From an uncultured Anaerolineales bacterium (GTDB lineage: Bacteria > Chloroflexota > Anaerolineae > UBA4142), in assembly GCA_903825565.1 (NCBI GenBank), contig CAIKBD010000488.1:1-53818 (forward strand): a stretch of 53,818 nt of DNA, given 5' to 3'. Positions 10,017-20,621 of the stretch are shown piece after piece. A program made the translations under genes and the position numbers. Below the pieces are notes generated by a model, which saw nothing but the letters and a program-made list of their open reading frames with translations, did no database searches and had not been told where the DNA came from. Every line of letters starts with the position of its first letter. Position 1 is the stretch's first letter.

Positions 10017-10999
10017 GCGAGCCATTGATCAAAATCGAGGGTCTGAAAAAATATTTCCCGGTCAAAAAAGGGATGCTCCATGCGATTGACGATTTCTCGC
10101 TCGACATTATGCCGATGGAAACGGTGGGGCTGGTGGGCGAGAGCGGTTGCGGCAAAAGCACCGTCGGCAATGTGCTCGTGCGCTTGCTGGATGCGACCGG
10201 CGGGCATGTTTGGTTTCAAGGTCAGGACGTGGTCAAAGCCAAGCCCAAGGAACTAAAAGAAATCCGGAAAAAAATGCAAATGATTTTCCAGGACCCGTAC
10301 TCGTCGCTCAATCCCCGGGAAACGGTCGGGGCGATTCTGTCCGCGCCCTATCAGATTCATCACCTTGCCAGCGGCAAAGAACTCAAGCACAAGGTCACGG
10401 AACTCGCTGTTTCAGTTGGACTCGAACCGTACATCCTGGAAAAATTTCCGCACGAGTTGGACGGCGGCAAACGCCAATTGACCGGCATTGCGCGCGCCTT
10501 GTCGCTCAATCCGAAATTCATCATTTGCGATGAACCCGTGTCCGCACTCGATGTTTCGGTGCAAGCCAAAATCATCAACTTGCTCATCAGCATGAAACAA
10601 AAAATGGGTTTGTCGTACCTGTTCATCTCGCACGACCTGAGTGTGGTGCGCCACATTTCTGACCGCGTGGCGATTATGTACCTCGGACAAATCGTCGAGA
10701 CCGCGCCGACCGAAGTGATTTTCGGCAACACGTTGCACCCGTACTCGATTGCGTTGCTGTCCGCCGTGCCCCAAGTGGATTCCAATAACAAATCGAAACG
10801 CATCGTGCTCAAGGGCGATGTACCCAGCCCGGTGAATCCGAAACCGGGTTGTCGTTTCGCGCCGCGGTGTTGGATGAGCGATGAGAAATGCAAAAGTGAA
10901 ACGCCGGCGCTCGTTGAGGTCGGGAGTGGACACCAGGTCGCGTGCCATTTCTGGAAGCAATCGCGCGCGCAAGCCCAGCGTGTGTTGAATGGCAATTGA
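10013..10999 (+). CDS. ABC transporter ATP-binding protein (DppF/OppF-like)
   Basis: [37 protein letters not shown]; ATGA overlap with the upstream gene. Confidence 0.93.
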   Translation: MSEPLIKIEGLKKYFPVKKGMLHAIDDFSLDIMPMETVGLVGESGCGKSTVGNVLVRLLDATGGHVWFQGQDVVKAKPKELKEIRKKMQMIFQDPYSSLNPRETVGAILSAPYQIHHLASGKELKHKVTELAVSVGLEPYILEKFPHELDGGKRQLTGIARALSLNPKFIICDEPVSALDVSVQAKIINLLISMKQKMGLSYLFISHDLSVVRHISDRVAIMYLGQIVETAPTEVIFGNTLHPYSIALLSAVPQVDSNNKSKRIVLKGDVPSPVNPKPGCRFAPRCWMSDEKCKSETPALVEVGSGHQVACHFWKQSRAQAQRVLNGN

Positions 11000-11032
11000 C
11001 GCAAACGCGACGATGAAAAGAGACGGCACAGC

Positions 11033-12805
11033 GTGAACAAACATTATCGTTATGAAAATATCGAACTGTGGCAAGAGGCGGTTTGGGCAAATAAGATCAG
11101 CCCGATTGCTGGGTTGGTGAATTGGCTCGGCGCTCACGAGTCAGTGGATCCAGCGCCGTACAAAAATCCGGTGAATGGGCTGTCCGGCGATGCGTGCAAA
11201 ACCTTGCCGTACTATAATCTCAAGACCAACAGCGTCAATCGTCCCGAGGTCATCGCCGCGTGGCGAAACAAGGGTGTCTATTACGATTGCCGCGCGATGG
11301 GCGGCGTCGCGTGGCTGATCATGGCTCCGCTCGCGTGCCTGCAAAATTCCGGTGCGAAATTACCGGCGTTGCTCGTGATGCACCGCACCGACATCACCGA
11401 TCCGTACTGGGCGATGAAAACGCTGGAGCATTATCAAGCGTACAACGAGATGCTCGCGCAAGACCAGGACAAGCTCATCATCTACATTGCGACGCCCGCG
11501 CCGGATTTCAATCGCATCTATGTCAACATTCTCCAGGAAGCATTCGTCTTTGTCCCCGGTGACACGCAACAGGTTTTCCTCGATGTGAGTGTCGTCTACG
11601 AAAATGGTGGCACACTCAAAGACATTCGGGAATTTGTTTACAAGGATTCCAATCCCGATGCGGCGGTCGTCAAGTTTGGATCGGCGCACGTGCCGGCGCT
11701 GGACATTACCGGACTCTGGGAAAGCAAGTGCAGTCTCACGCGCGACCAAGTGACCAAACTCAATTGGAGTTCCGCAAATTTCGACCTGGATCGCGTCATT
11801 CACAGCGAGACCGGCAAGAAAATGATCGAGGGCATCGCGCTCGAATATCAATTCGATTCGGTGGATGATCCTGGGTTTATCCAGTACTGGGCGGAGCGCG
11901 GTCTCAAATACGTCAGCCACGTGACCCAGTTGCGGCGATGGAAAGCGGCGATTCCCTTCGGCGCGTTGCAAATGCCGGAGAAAAAACTGCCGGTCATTTG
12001 CGTGATGCAAGAAGTCAATCATGCGAACGAACATCTCGCCGTCACCGAAGCGAGTTATTTCTATGAATATTTTCGCATCGCCGCGCAGGGCGATTGCATC
12101 CTCGTGAATTTTGTCCTGGAAGACCCGAACGACAACGACCTGTTGTGCGACATTCTCGATCAAGCATTCGCGCTTTATCCGATTGACCCAGGTCGCGTGT
12201 ACATCGCCGGGCATTCGCACAACGGACACTATGCGCTCGAATTCGCCGAACGCCATCCCAGGTTGATCGCCGCCGTTGCGACCCTGGGTGATCCACCGGG
12301 CTTGATGACGACCGGGTTGATTCCGTTCACCGATGAAAAGGTTGAGCAGTTGCGAACGCGGGATATTCCTCTAATCAATCTTGTCGGCTACGTCGAACCC
12401 AAATGTCATTTCCCGCTCAACCAGGATGCGGCGGGCTATCGCACATTGCAAGACGTGGGACCGCTCGTCACGTTTGAACAGCGCGCGGCAAGTTGGCGGA
12501 GACGATTGCGTGCGTTCAATTGTCCGGACAAATCGTTGCAAGAAATTCAAGCGACACAAAACAGTCCCGATCAAGCCATTCGATTGCTCGGCATTCCAGG
12601 GGACAAGAGCGCGACATTGTGGCTGGATGGTTTTGAACTCTACATCGTGGACATTAAAAACAACGAGGGCAAATTTCATTTGCGAATGGTGGCGGAAGAA
12701 AACATGCCGCACAACACCACGCCCGCGCAACAGGTCATGTCCTGGTCGTTTATGCGCCGCTTTGCGCGCGACACGGCAACCGGCAAGACGATTGAACTCG
12801 ATTAA
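11033..12805 (+). CDS. Uncharacterised alpha/beta-hydrolase-like protein (esterase/PHB-depolymerase-like C-terminal half)
   Basis: YPIDPGRVYIAGHSHNG nucleophile elbow, NMPH candidate catalytic His, WSFMRRFARD end; paralog of 21613-23379. Confidence 0.65.
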   Translation: MNKHYRYENIELWQEAVWANKISPIAGLVNWLGAHESVDPAPYKNPVNGLSGDACKTLPYYNLKTNSVNRPEVIAAWRNKGVYYDCRAMGGVAWLIMAPLACLQNSGAKLPALLVMHRTDITDPYWAMKTLEHYQAYNEMLAQDQDKLIIYIATPAPDFNRIYVNILQEAFVFVPGDTQQVFLDVSVVYENGGTLKDIREFVYKDSNPDAAVVKFGSAHVPALDITGLWESKCSLTRDQVTKLNWSSANFDLDRVIHSETGKKMIEGIALEYQFDSVDDPGFIQYWAERGLKYVSHVTQLRRWKAAIPFGALQMPEKKLPVICVMQEVNHANEHLAVTEASYFYEYFRIAAQGDCILVNFVLEDPNDNDLLCDILDQAFALYPIDPGRVYIAGHSHNGHYALEFAERHPRLIAAVATLGDPPGLMTTGLIPFTDEKVEQLRTRDIPLINLVGYVEPKCHFPLNQDAAGYRTLQDVGPLVTFEQRAASWRRRLRAFNCPDKSLQEIQATQNSPDQAIRLLGIPGDKSATLWLDGFELYIVDIKNNEGKFHLRMVAEENMPHNTTPAQQVMSWSFMRRFARDTATGKTIELD

Positions 12806-12820
12806 TTTCGATTGGAGGGG

Positions 12821-13777
12821 ATGATGGAATTCATAAAGACCAAGGTGCTCAAACGCGAAGAACCGCTTGATACACTGAGCGCGGCGTATATGAAATTGCT
12901 CCGCGAAAAAGATAAAACGAAAAAAGTCTACGGCATTGATCCGTACGCCGAAGTGTACCAATTCCGCGATAATGTCTACGGCATTCTGACCGAAAGTTTG
13001 GATGGCATGGGCGCGCCGTGGATGTACTTGATCGTCGGTCCCGAAAAAGCGATGCTAATTGATACAAGTTTCGGGCTGGGCAACCTCAAAGGTTTGGTCA
13101 ATGAAATCACCGGCGGGATGGAATTGGTCGTGGTCAACACGCACGCCACGTTCGATCACTCGTACGGCAACCATCAATTCGAGCGCGTGTACTGCCACGA
13201 GTTTTGTGTGCCGTATCTGCAAAAACAATTGACGCCCAAGTTGTGGGACTTTTTGTTCGACGAAAACGGCAACGGCAAATGGGCAGAGTTCGACAAGCGC
13301 GACATGATCCAATACAAGGAATATGAAATGATCGGGTGTCCGAATGGTCACATTTTCAACCTGGGCAAGGATCACGATATCGAATTGGTTTTCATGCCGG
13401 GGCATCAAGCCGGTCACGCCGCATTCCTCGACAAGAAAAATCGCATCTTGTTTGGCGGCGATGATTTTTGCAGTATGCGCGTTGGGCTGGGTGGACCCAA
13501 AGAAGGTTTGCCGTACGGCGAGTACGCGACTGTGACCGCGCTCGCGCGCGAACTTGAAAAACTCGTCAAGCGCACGAACGAATTCGATGTGATCTACCCA
13601 GGGCATTTCATGGTTGAACTCGATAACTCGGTGGTGCAAAATTTGTTGGAGGCGTGCCAGGCGGTCGTCGCCAATCCCAACGACTATGACTACTTGCATG
13701 TGCTCAAGGGCAAGACGTACAAACTCAAATACATCAAAGAGTTTGGCGTCCTGGGTTACACCGACCGCAGTGTTTGA
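12821..13777 (+). CDS. MBL-fold metallo-hydrolase
   Basis: LIDTS, THATFDH (HxHxDH variant), PGH, GDD, YPGH; SD GGAGG before ATG 12821. Confidence 0.85.
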   Translation: MMEFIKTKVLKREEPLDTLSAAYMKLLREKDKTKKVYGIDPYAEVYQFRDNVYGILTESLDGMGAPWMYLIVGPEKAMLIDTSFGLGNLKGLVNEITGGMELVVVNTHATFDHSYGNHQFERVYCHEFCVPYLQKQLTPKLWDFLFDENGNGKWAEFDKRDMIQYKEYEMIGCPNGHIFNLGKDHDIELVFMPGHQAGHAAFLDKKNRILFGGDDFCSMRVGLGGPKEGLPYGEYATVTALARELEKLVKRTNEFDVIYPGHFMVELDNSVVQNLLEACQAVVANPNDYDYLHVLKGKTYKLKYIKEFGVLGYTDRSV

Positions 13778-13792
13778 GTCAAGGGAGCGCAT

Positions 13793-13823
13793 TGTAGAGA
13801 CGTTGCAATGCAATGTCTCTACA
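13793..13823. repeat. GTAG-type REP-like palindrome
   Basis: TGTAGAGACGTTGC-AAT-GCAATGTCTCTACA. Confidence 0.6.
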
Positions 13824-13846
13824 TTTTGTTTTAGGGATCATTCAGC

Positions 13847-14704
13847 ATGAATCAACTCAACTTTTTCAGCCACGAACAAATTTCGCAACGGCTCTGGATT
13901 TTTACCGAGGGCTATTCGATGGTGCACCGCTTTACGATTGGCGTCATCATCGGCGACGAAAAAATTCTCGTCGTTGATTCAGGTCTCGGCGCGACGAACG
14001 ATTTGCGCGAAACGATTGAGAGCGTCGTCGGAAAAGACAAACCGCTCATTTGCGTTTGCACGCATCTGCATCCCGATCATGCCGGCAGTGCCAAGCGCTT
14101 TGACGAAGCGTACTGCAGTCACCTCGATTGGCCCGCGCGTTCGGATTTTGCGTTGAACGCGCAACAACGCTTGACCGACTTGGAAGGATTTTCGCTCAAC
14201 AATGCCGAGGTGCTGGCATACGGCAAGACGCACATTATCGAAAATGCCGATTCGACATTCAAGGACATCCAGGACGGCGACATTTTCGATTTAGGCGGCG
14301 TTCAGATCGAAGCGGTGCATGTGCCGGGTCACTCGGCGGGGAGCATGGCGTTTTTCAATCGCGCCGAAAAATATGTGTTTACCGGCGATGCCATCAACAC
14401 CGATGTGCGTTTGCGAAAACTGGGACGCGCTGGCTTTTCAAGTTACATCGAAATGCTCAGTCGCTTTATCGCGCGTGTGGGCGAGGATGTTACGCTTTAT
14501 CCCGCGCATCTGCCACTCGCGATGGATATTTCGATTGCGCGAAATCTCATCGTGATTTGCCAAGACCTGCTCGACGGAAATACGGCGGGCGATCCGCCGG
14601 GCGAAACGATTTTCGCCGAACGCAACAACAACCCAGATGTCCGGATGCATTATTACAACAACACCTGCATCGTTTACAGTGAAAAAATGCTGGCGGAGAG
14701 TTGA
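13847..14704 (+). CDS. MBL-fold metallo-hydrolase
   Basis: VVDSG, canonical THLHPDH, PGHSAG, FTGDA, YPAH. Confidence 0.88.
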   Translation: MNQLNFFSHEQISQRLWIFTEGYSMVHRFTIGVIIGDEKILVVDSGLGATNDLRETIESVVGKDKPLICVCTHLHPDHAGSAKRFDEAYCSHLDWPARSDFALNAQQRLTDLEGFSLNNAEVLAYGKTHIIENADSTFKDIQDGDIFDLGGVQIEAVHVPGHSAGSMAFFNRAEKYVFTGDAINTDVRLRKLGRAGFSSYIEMLSRFIARVGEDVTLYPAHLPLAMDISIARNLIVICQDLLDGNTAGDPPGETIFAERNNNPDVRMHYYNNTCIVYSEKMLAES

Positions 14705-14711
14705 GATCAAC

Positions 14712-15560
14712 ATGCGACGTTTAAATTTTTACAGTCACGAAAAAATATCGGATCGAATCGTCGTGGTGACCGAAGGGTACTCGATGGTGCACCGGTTTAC
14801 CATCGGCGTAGTGATCGGCGACAAACAGGTGCTCGTCATTGACAGCGGTCTGGGCATGACCGGCGATTTGCGCCCTTACATCGAATCCATCGTGGGACGC
14901 AAGAAACCGCTCCTCTGCGTTTGCACACACGGCAACATTGATCACATCGGCGCGGCGTGCACGTTCGATGAAGCGTATCTCAATCACGGCGACTGGGATG
15001 ATGTGGCGCGCGCGTTGGATCGAGAGCGACGGATGCGCGACCTGAATTCGTTTTCCTTGTTCAACAAAGAAGTCGTCGAGTATGGGCGCGTGCACATGGT
15101 TGACAATAGCAAGACCGAGTTCAAGGATGTGGTCGAAGGACAAAACTTTGACCTGGGCGGAGTTGTCGTCGAGCCGATTGATTTGTACGGACATACCTGG
15201 GGACATTACGGTTTTTACATTCGCCAGGAAAACATCGCGTTCGGCGGCGATGGCATCAACGTGGATACGCATCTCAAACGACTCGACCGCGCGGGATTGT
15301 TCAAGTATCGCGATACCTTGCGTCGCTTCCTGTCCATCACCGGCGACGATGTGAAAATTTATGCGGGGCACTTGAATCGCCCGCACAAATCGAACGTGGC
15401 GAAAAATGTTGCGCTCGCATGTGAAGAGGTGGCGAACGGACAGACCCAGGGCGATCCGCCTGCCGAAACGATCTTCCTCGAAAAAACCGGCAACCCGGCG
15501 ATGCGAATGCACTATCACGGCAACAGTTGCATCATTTACGATGCGAGCAGGTTGAAATAG
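14712..15560 (+). CDS. MBL-fold metallo-hydrolase (tandem paralog of 13847-14704)
   Basis: Shares TEGYSMVHRFTIGV, GDPP.ETIF and RMHY with the upstream gene; motif THGNIDH. Confidence 0.85.
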   Translation: MRRLNFYSHEKISDRIVVVTEGYSMVHRFTIGVVIGDKQVLVIDSGLGMTGDLRPYIESIVGRKKPLLCVCTHGNIDHIGAACTFDEAYLNHGDWDDVARALDRERRMRDLNSFSLFNKEVVEYGRVHMVDNSKTEFKDVVEGQNFDLGGVVVEPIDLYGHTWGHYGFYIRQENIAFGGDGINVDTHLKRLDRAGLFKYRDTLRRFLSITGDDVKIYAGHLNRPHKSNVAKNVALACEEVANGQTQGDPPAETIFLEKTGNPAMRMHYHGNSCIIYDASRLK

Positions 15561-15564
15561 AAAT

Positions 15565-17082
15565 ATGAGATATTTATTGGCGCACGACCTGGGAACGTCC
15601 GGCAACAAGGCAACGTTGTATACGGTTGAAGGTGCGCTCGTGAAAAGCACCGTGTATGCCTACCCCGTTTATTATTTCAACAACAACTGGGCGGAGCAAG
15701 ACGCCGACGATTGGTGGCGAGCCGTTTGCGCGACCACGCATGAAATTTTGCAAGGTATCAACAAAGAAGATGTAGTTGCTGTTTCGTTTAGCGGACAAAT
15801 GATGGGGTGCTTGTGTGTGGATCGCAACGGGCAACCGCTGAGAAGATCGATCATCTGGGCAGACCAACGCGCGATCCGCGAGATGGACGAGATCAAGGAA
15901 CACATCAGCGCGGAAAAATTTTATCGTATCACCGGTCATCGCATCAGCGCGTCGTATACGCTTCAAAAATTGATGTGGATCAAAAACAACGAACCCCAGG
16001 TCTATGCCCAGACATTCAAAGTGCTGAACGCCAAGGATTATATTTTATTCAAGTTGACCGGCAGGTTCGTGACCGATTATTCGGATGGCACGAGCACGAA
16101 CATGGTAGACCTGAATCGTCTGGTGTGGTCGGATGAAATCATCACGACGATGGGGATGGATGGCGACAAGATGCCCGAACTCTTGGCGTCCACCGCCATC
16201 GTTGGCAATGTGACGAAACAAGCGGCGCAAGAAACCGGATTCTCGGAAAAGACGCTCGTGATTTGCGGCGGTGGCGATGGCGCGTGTGCGGCAGTTGGCG
16301 CGGGGTGTGTCAAAGAAGGCGTCGCGTACAACGTCGTCGGTTCATCGTCCTGGATTTCGATCAGCACACGCAAGCCGATCTATGACGAACAGATGCGAAC
16401 GTTCAATTGGGCGCACGTCGTCCCAGGATACGTTCTGCCGTGCGGTACGATGCAAGCGGCAGGCGTTTCGTACAACTGGCTCAAGCATGAAATCTGCACG
16501 AGCGAAGTGGCGCAAGCGGAGAAACTGGGTGTCAGTCCGTATCAATTGATGGATGCGGAAATCGCTAAATCGCCGGCGGGCGCGCGCGGATTATTATTTT
16601 TGCCGTACCTTCTCGGCGAGCGTAGTCCCCGGTGGAACCCGAATGCGCGCGGCGCGTTTATCGGCTTGAAAGTCGAGCACAAACGCGAAGATGTTTTGCG
16701 ATCCGTCCTCGAAGGCATCACATTGAACCTGAATGTAATCCTGGACGTGTTCAAACAGCAAACCGACATTCAAGAAATCGTGGCAATCGGTGGCGGAGCC
16801 AAAGGCAAGGTCTGGCATCAAATCATGGCGGACATTTACGGCGTCAAAATCTTGCGCCCCAATTATCTCGAAGAAGCCACCTCGATGGGCGCGGCTGTTG
16901 TCGGCGGGGTGGGCGCGGGCGTGTTCAAAAGTTTTGATGTGATTGACCAATTTATCCGCATCGAGTCCGAGCAAATGCCGATTGAATCGAATCGCCGAGT
17001 GTACGAAAAAATGATGCCCATTTTTGAAAAAAGTTATCATGCGCTCCTGGATGTTTATCAAGACCTGGCGGCGTTGGGATGA
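15565..17082 (+). CDS. xylB: FGGY-family carbohydrate kinase (xylulokinase-like)
   Basis: HDLGTSGNK, WAEQD, SFSGQMMG, IIWADQR, GGGDG, FLPYLLGERSP, GGGAKG. The exact sugar cannot be determined from sequence. Confidence 0.8.
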   Translation: MRYLLAHDLGTSGNKATLYTVEGALVKSTVYAYPVYYFNNNWAEQDADDWWRAVCATTHEILQGINKEDVVAVSFSGQMMGCLCVDRNGQPLRRSIIWADQRAIREMDEIKEHISAEKFYRITGHRISASYTLQKLMWIKNNEPQVYAQTFKVLNAKDYILFKLTGRFVTDYSDGTSTNMVDLNRLVWSDEIITTMGMDGDKMPELLASTAIVGNVTKQAAQETGFSEKTLVICGGGDGACAAVGAGCVKEGVAYNVVGSSSWISISTRKPIYDEQMRTFNWAHVVPGYVLPCGTMQAAGVSYNWLKHEICTSEVAQAEKLGVSPYQLMDAEIAKSPAGARGLLFLPYLLGERSPRWNPNARGAFIGLKVEHKREDVLRSVLEGITLNLNVILDVFKQQTDIQEIVAIGGGAKGKVWHQIMADIYGVKILRPNYLEEATSMGAAVVGGVGAGVFKSFDVIDQFIRIESEQMPIESNRRVYEKMMPIFEKSYHALLDVYQDLAALG

Positions 17083-17091
17083 AATGAGAAT

Positions 17092-18081
17092 ATGAAATAC
17101 ACTTATCTGGGTCGAAGCGGAATGCGCGTCAGTCGCTTGTGTCTCGGCACGATGAACTTTGGCTCGCACACGCCCGAGCAAGACGCCTTTGCGATTATGG
17201 ACAAGGCGCTTGAAGTGGGCATCAATTTTTTCGACACAGCGAACGAGTACGGCAAACACAACAACGGTCGTACCGGTTGGACGGAAGAAATTATCGGACG
17301 CTGGTTTGCGTTGGGCGGCGGTAGGCGTGAAAAGGTCGTCCTGGCGACCAAGGTGTACGCAAACATGAAAGACGAGACCGAAGGACCGAATGCCATCCCA
17401 GGTCTATCCGCGTTCAAAGTGCGCCGACACATCGAAGGTTCGCTAAAACGTTTGCAGACCGGCCACGTCGAACTATACCAGATGCACCACATTGACCGAC
17501 ACGCGAACTGGAACGAGATGTGGGGTGTGTTTGAAAACCTGGTCAACCAAGGCAAGGCGTACTACATCGGCTCCAGCAATTTTGGCGCACGTCACTTGAT
17601 TTACGCGCAGACCGCCGCGAACAATCGGCATTTCCTGGGTCTCATCAACGAGCAACACAAATACAATTTGTTGTGCCGCTTGCCTGAACTCGAAGTGTTG
17701 CCGACTGCCCGTGACCTGGGGATTGGCATTACGCCCTGGAGTCCGTTGTTCATGGGCTTGCTTAGCGGCAGTGTGTTGAAGACGATTGATGCGAACCAAC
17801 GATCTGTCAAGTACGCCGGCAAATTGAGCGATGCGCAGATCGCGCAACTCACCATCTATTCCGAACTCTGCAAACAAATCGGCGAGAGCGAATCCACCGT
17901 TGCGTTGGCGTGGTTGCTGGCAAACCCAGTTGTTACCGCGCCAATCATCGGACCGCGCACGGTCGAGCAGTTGGAAAACTCATTGCGCGCGGTCGAGGTC
18001 GAGCTGACCCAGGATGTCATGAAAAAACTCGATGAGATATTCCCAGGTCCGGGCGAATCGCCGGAAGCTTACACCTGGTAA
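17092..18081 (+). CDS. Aldo/keto reductase
   Basis: LGRSG.RVSRLCLGTMNFG, FFDTANEY, LATK, YQMHH, WSPL, PIIGPRT. Confidence 0.93.
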   Translation: MKYTYLGRSGMRVSRLCLGTMNFGSHTPEQDAFAIMDKALEVGINFFDTANEYGKHNNGRTGWTEEIIGRWFALGGGRREKVVLATKVYANMKDETEGPNAIPGLSAFKVRRHIEGSLKRLQTGHVELYQMHHIDRHANWNEMWGVFENLVNQGKAYYIGSSNFGARHLIYAQTAANNRHFLGLINEQHKYNLLCRLPELEVLPTARDLGIGITPWSPLFMGLLSGSVLKTIDANQRSVKYAGKLSDAQIAQLTIYSELCKQIGESESTVALAWLLANPVVTAPIIGPRTVEQLENSLRAVEVELTQDVMKKLDEIFPGPGESPEAYTW

Positions 18082-18086
18082 GCAAA

Positions 18087-19043
18087 GTGGAATCCACTCA
18101 TCTTCCCATGCCGCGACCGGTGATGACGGTGCAAGGAGCAATGACATTCGACCAACTGGGAATTGCCGACGCGCATAATCACTTGTGGATTGCGCCAGTC
18201 CCAGGTGCTCATTCGAATAGTCCAGTTCTAAATCAGTTCGATGCGATTTTGCAAGAGTTGGTCGAGTACCGACAAAAAGGTGGGGGCACGCTGTTGGATT
18301 GTCAACCGGCGGGCTGTGGACGCGACGGAAACAGGTTGCTCGCTCTTTCAAAATCATCCGGCGTCAACTTGATTGCCTGCATCGGATTTCATCGCAAAAA
18401 ATATTACGCGCCCGATTACTGGCTGTGGCAAGCCGACACTCAACAGGTGTGCGATTTTTTGCGTGACGAACTCGAACGCGGTCTGGTTGAAACTTTGAGT
18501 ACATCACCGGCGCGAGCCGGGTTCATCAAGATTGCGCTCGAATCTACCTGGAACGAATGTCCACGTGCCGCAGTGGAAGGCGCGGGGCGTGCCGCTTTGC
18601 AAACCAAATCGCTCATCGCGATTCACACTGAAAAGGGCGCGCTCGCCGAAAAAATTTGCGACTATTTCACCGACCTGGGATTGCCGCCCACGCAAATTGT
18701 TTTGTGTCACCTGGACAAGCGCCCCGATTTGCATCTGCATCAAGAACTTGCACGCCTGGGGGTTCTGCTCGAATACGATACGTTTTACAGGCCAAAATAT
18801 AATCCCGCTGAAAATCTTTGGCAGTTAATCGAAAAAATGGCGGGTGCCGGCTTCGCCGATCGGATTGCATTTGCAACCGACATGGCAGAAGCGGAACTCT
18901 ATCACCACATTAGTGGCGGTCCAGGTTTAGCAAGTTTGCCCGGCGAAATTCAAAAGCAACTCATCGCAAAAGGATTTTCGGAAACCGACCGAATGCAAAT
19001 GCTGGGTGGTAATATCGCGCGCCGACTTGCCGGAATAAATTAA
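18087..19043 (+). CDS. Phosphotriesterase-family (Php/PTE-like) metallo-hydrolase
   Basis: VMTVQG, DAHNH, GFIK (candidate carboxylated Lys), IHT, HLD, ATD. Start uncertain (GTG 18087 or a nearby ATG). Confidence 0.85.
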   Translation: MESTHLPMPRPVMTVQGAMTFDQLGIADAHNHLWIAPVPGAHSNSPVLNQFDAILQELVEYRQKGGGTLLDCQPAGCGRDGNRLLALSKSSGVNLIACIGFHRKKYYAPDYWLWQADTQQVCDFLRDELERGLVETLSTSPARAGFIKIALESTWNECPRAAVEGAGRAALQTKSLIAIHTEKGALAEKICDYFTDLGLPPTQIVLCHLDKRPDLHLHQELARLGVLLEYDTFYRPKYNPAENLWQLIEKMAGAGFADRIAFATDMAEAELYHHISGGPGLASLPGEIQKQLIAKGFSETDRMQMLGGNIARRLAGIN

Positions 19044-19060
19044 ATCCAGGTTGGAGAGAA

Positions 19061-19633
19061 ATGGATTTCCCTTTTATTTTCACACTCCCGATGCCGCAGG
19101 TCATCCCTTCGCGTGTGGATAATCACATCGAACGTCGCCTCTCAGCGATGCAGGGTCAGTTCCTCGACCAGGAAGCATACGCGGAAATGCTGGCGCGGGA
19201 TGACCGGTTGGTTTATGAAGTGTACGAAATCGAACGACCTGAAGTTGAAGGCGAAATGCTCATGGGCATTTCGATTGTGCATCCGGGCAAAGTGGGCAAG
19301 GAATTTTTCATGACCAAAGGGCATTATCATTCCATCCTTGAAACCGCCGAAATCTATTATTGCTTGCGCGGCGAAGGATGCATGGTCATGGAAAATCCAG
19401 AGGGCTATATGTGCGTGGAGACGCTCGTGCCGGGGACGGTGCTGTACGTGCCACCGCGCTGGGCGCATCGCTCGGTGTGCACATCGCGCCAAGACGACCT
19501 GGTGACGATGTTCATTTATCCCGCGAATGCCGGTCACGATTACGGCACGATTGAGCGGCAAGGTTTTCGCAAGCTCGTCGTGGAGAGCGCGAGTGGCGGT
19601 TCCGAGGTGATTGATAATCCGCGTTGCAAATAA
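19061..19633 (+). CDS. Cupin-type glucose-6-phosphate isomerase family protein
   Basis: PGKVGKEFFMTKGHYH..E.Y, YVPPRWAHRSV and AGHDYG motifs of the archaeal-type cupin PGI family. Confidence 0.88.
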   Translation: MDFPFIFTLPMPQVIPSRVDNHIERRLSAMQGQFLDQEAYAEMLARDDRLVYEVYEIERPEVEGEMLMGISIVHPGKVGKEFFMTKGHYHSILETAEIYYCLRGEGCMVMENPEGYMCVETLVPGTVLYVPPRWAHRSVCTSRQDDLVTMFIYPANAGHDYGTIERQGFRKLVVESASGGSEVIDNPRCK

Positions 19634-19635
19634 AA

Positions 19636-20604
19636 ATGATGAACCTGAAAAATTGTCGCGTGTTGGTCACGCCCACCTCGTACGCGAAAAATGATGCGCA
19701 ACTCAAAACAGAATTGGAATCCCAGATCGGCGAGGTGATTTACAATCCGATTGGAAAACCGTTGACCTCGCATGAGCTGGCGAAATTGTTGCCCGGCGTG
19801 CATGGCTATATCGCGGGCTTGGACGAGATTGATGCGCGCGCCATCAACGCGGCGGATTGTCTCCAGGTGATTTCGCGTTACGGCGTCGGGGTAGATAACG
19901 TAGACCTGGATGCGGCGCGCGCAAAAAACATCATCGTCACGAACACGCCCGGCGCAAACTCGGTTTCGGTAGCGGAACTCGCGCTCGGCTTGATGCTGGC
20001 ATTAGCGCGGCAAATTCCCGAAGCGGTGGACGCGATTCATCAGGGCAAGTGGCCCCGCTTGGCGGGGGTGAGTATCGAGGGCAAAACGATTGGCATCCTG
20101 GGTCTGGGTTCGATTGGCAAACACCTCACACGCCGTCTCGCCGGTTTTGATTGCAAGATTGTCGCGTTCGATCCGTTCGCGGATGTTGCCTTCGCTCAAG
20201 CGCATCACGTCGAACTTGCCGATCTGGACGCGGTCATCGCGCAAGCCGATTTTCTGAGTTTGCATTTGCCGCTCACCGCTGAAACGCGCGGCATGGTTGA
20301 CGATGTTTTTTTGAGCAAAATGAAAACAGGTTCATTCCTGATCAACACGGCACGCGGCGAAATCGTGAATGAAGATGCGCTGTTGCGGGCACTGCAAAAC
20401 GGTCGTCTCAAGGGCGCGGGGTTGGATGCGTTGACGGTCGAACCACCCGAACCTGGGAATCCGCTGTTGGCTCTGCCGCAAGTGATCGCCACGCCGCACC
20501 TGGGCGCGCAGACCGATGGCGCAGTCCACAATATGGGTTGGTGGTCAACGAAAGATTGTCTCGCGGCGTTGAAAAACGAAAAGCCAGATTTCCGGGTTGT
20601 ATAA
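19636..20604 (+). CDS. D-2-hydroxyacid dehydrogenase (phosphoglycerate-dehydrogenase-like, no ACT domain)
   Basis: RYGVGVDNVD, NTPGAN, GLGSIG, SLHLPL, INTARG, ATPHLGAQT. Confidence 0.9.
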   Translation: MMNLKNCRVLVTPTSYAKNDAQLKTELESQIGEVIYNPIGKPLTSHELAKLLPGVHGYIAGLDEIDARAINAADCLQVISRYGVGVDNVDLDAARAKNIIVTNTPGANSVSVAELALGLMLALARQIPEAVDAIHQGKWPRLAGVSIEGKTIGILGLGSIGKHLTRRLAGFDCKIVAFDPFADVAFAQAHHVELADLDAVIAQADFLSLHLPLTAETRGMVDDVFLSKMKTGSFLINTARGEIVNEDALLRALQNGRLKGAGLDALTVEPPEPGNPLLALPQVIATPHLGAQTDGAVHNMGWWSTKDCLAALKNEKPDFRVV

Positions 20605-20621
20605 AAAACAGTGGAGATGGT

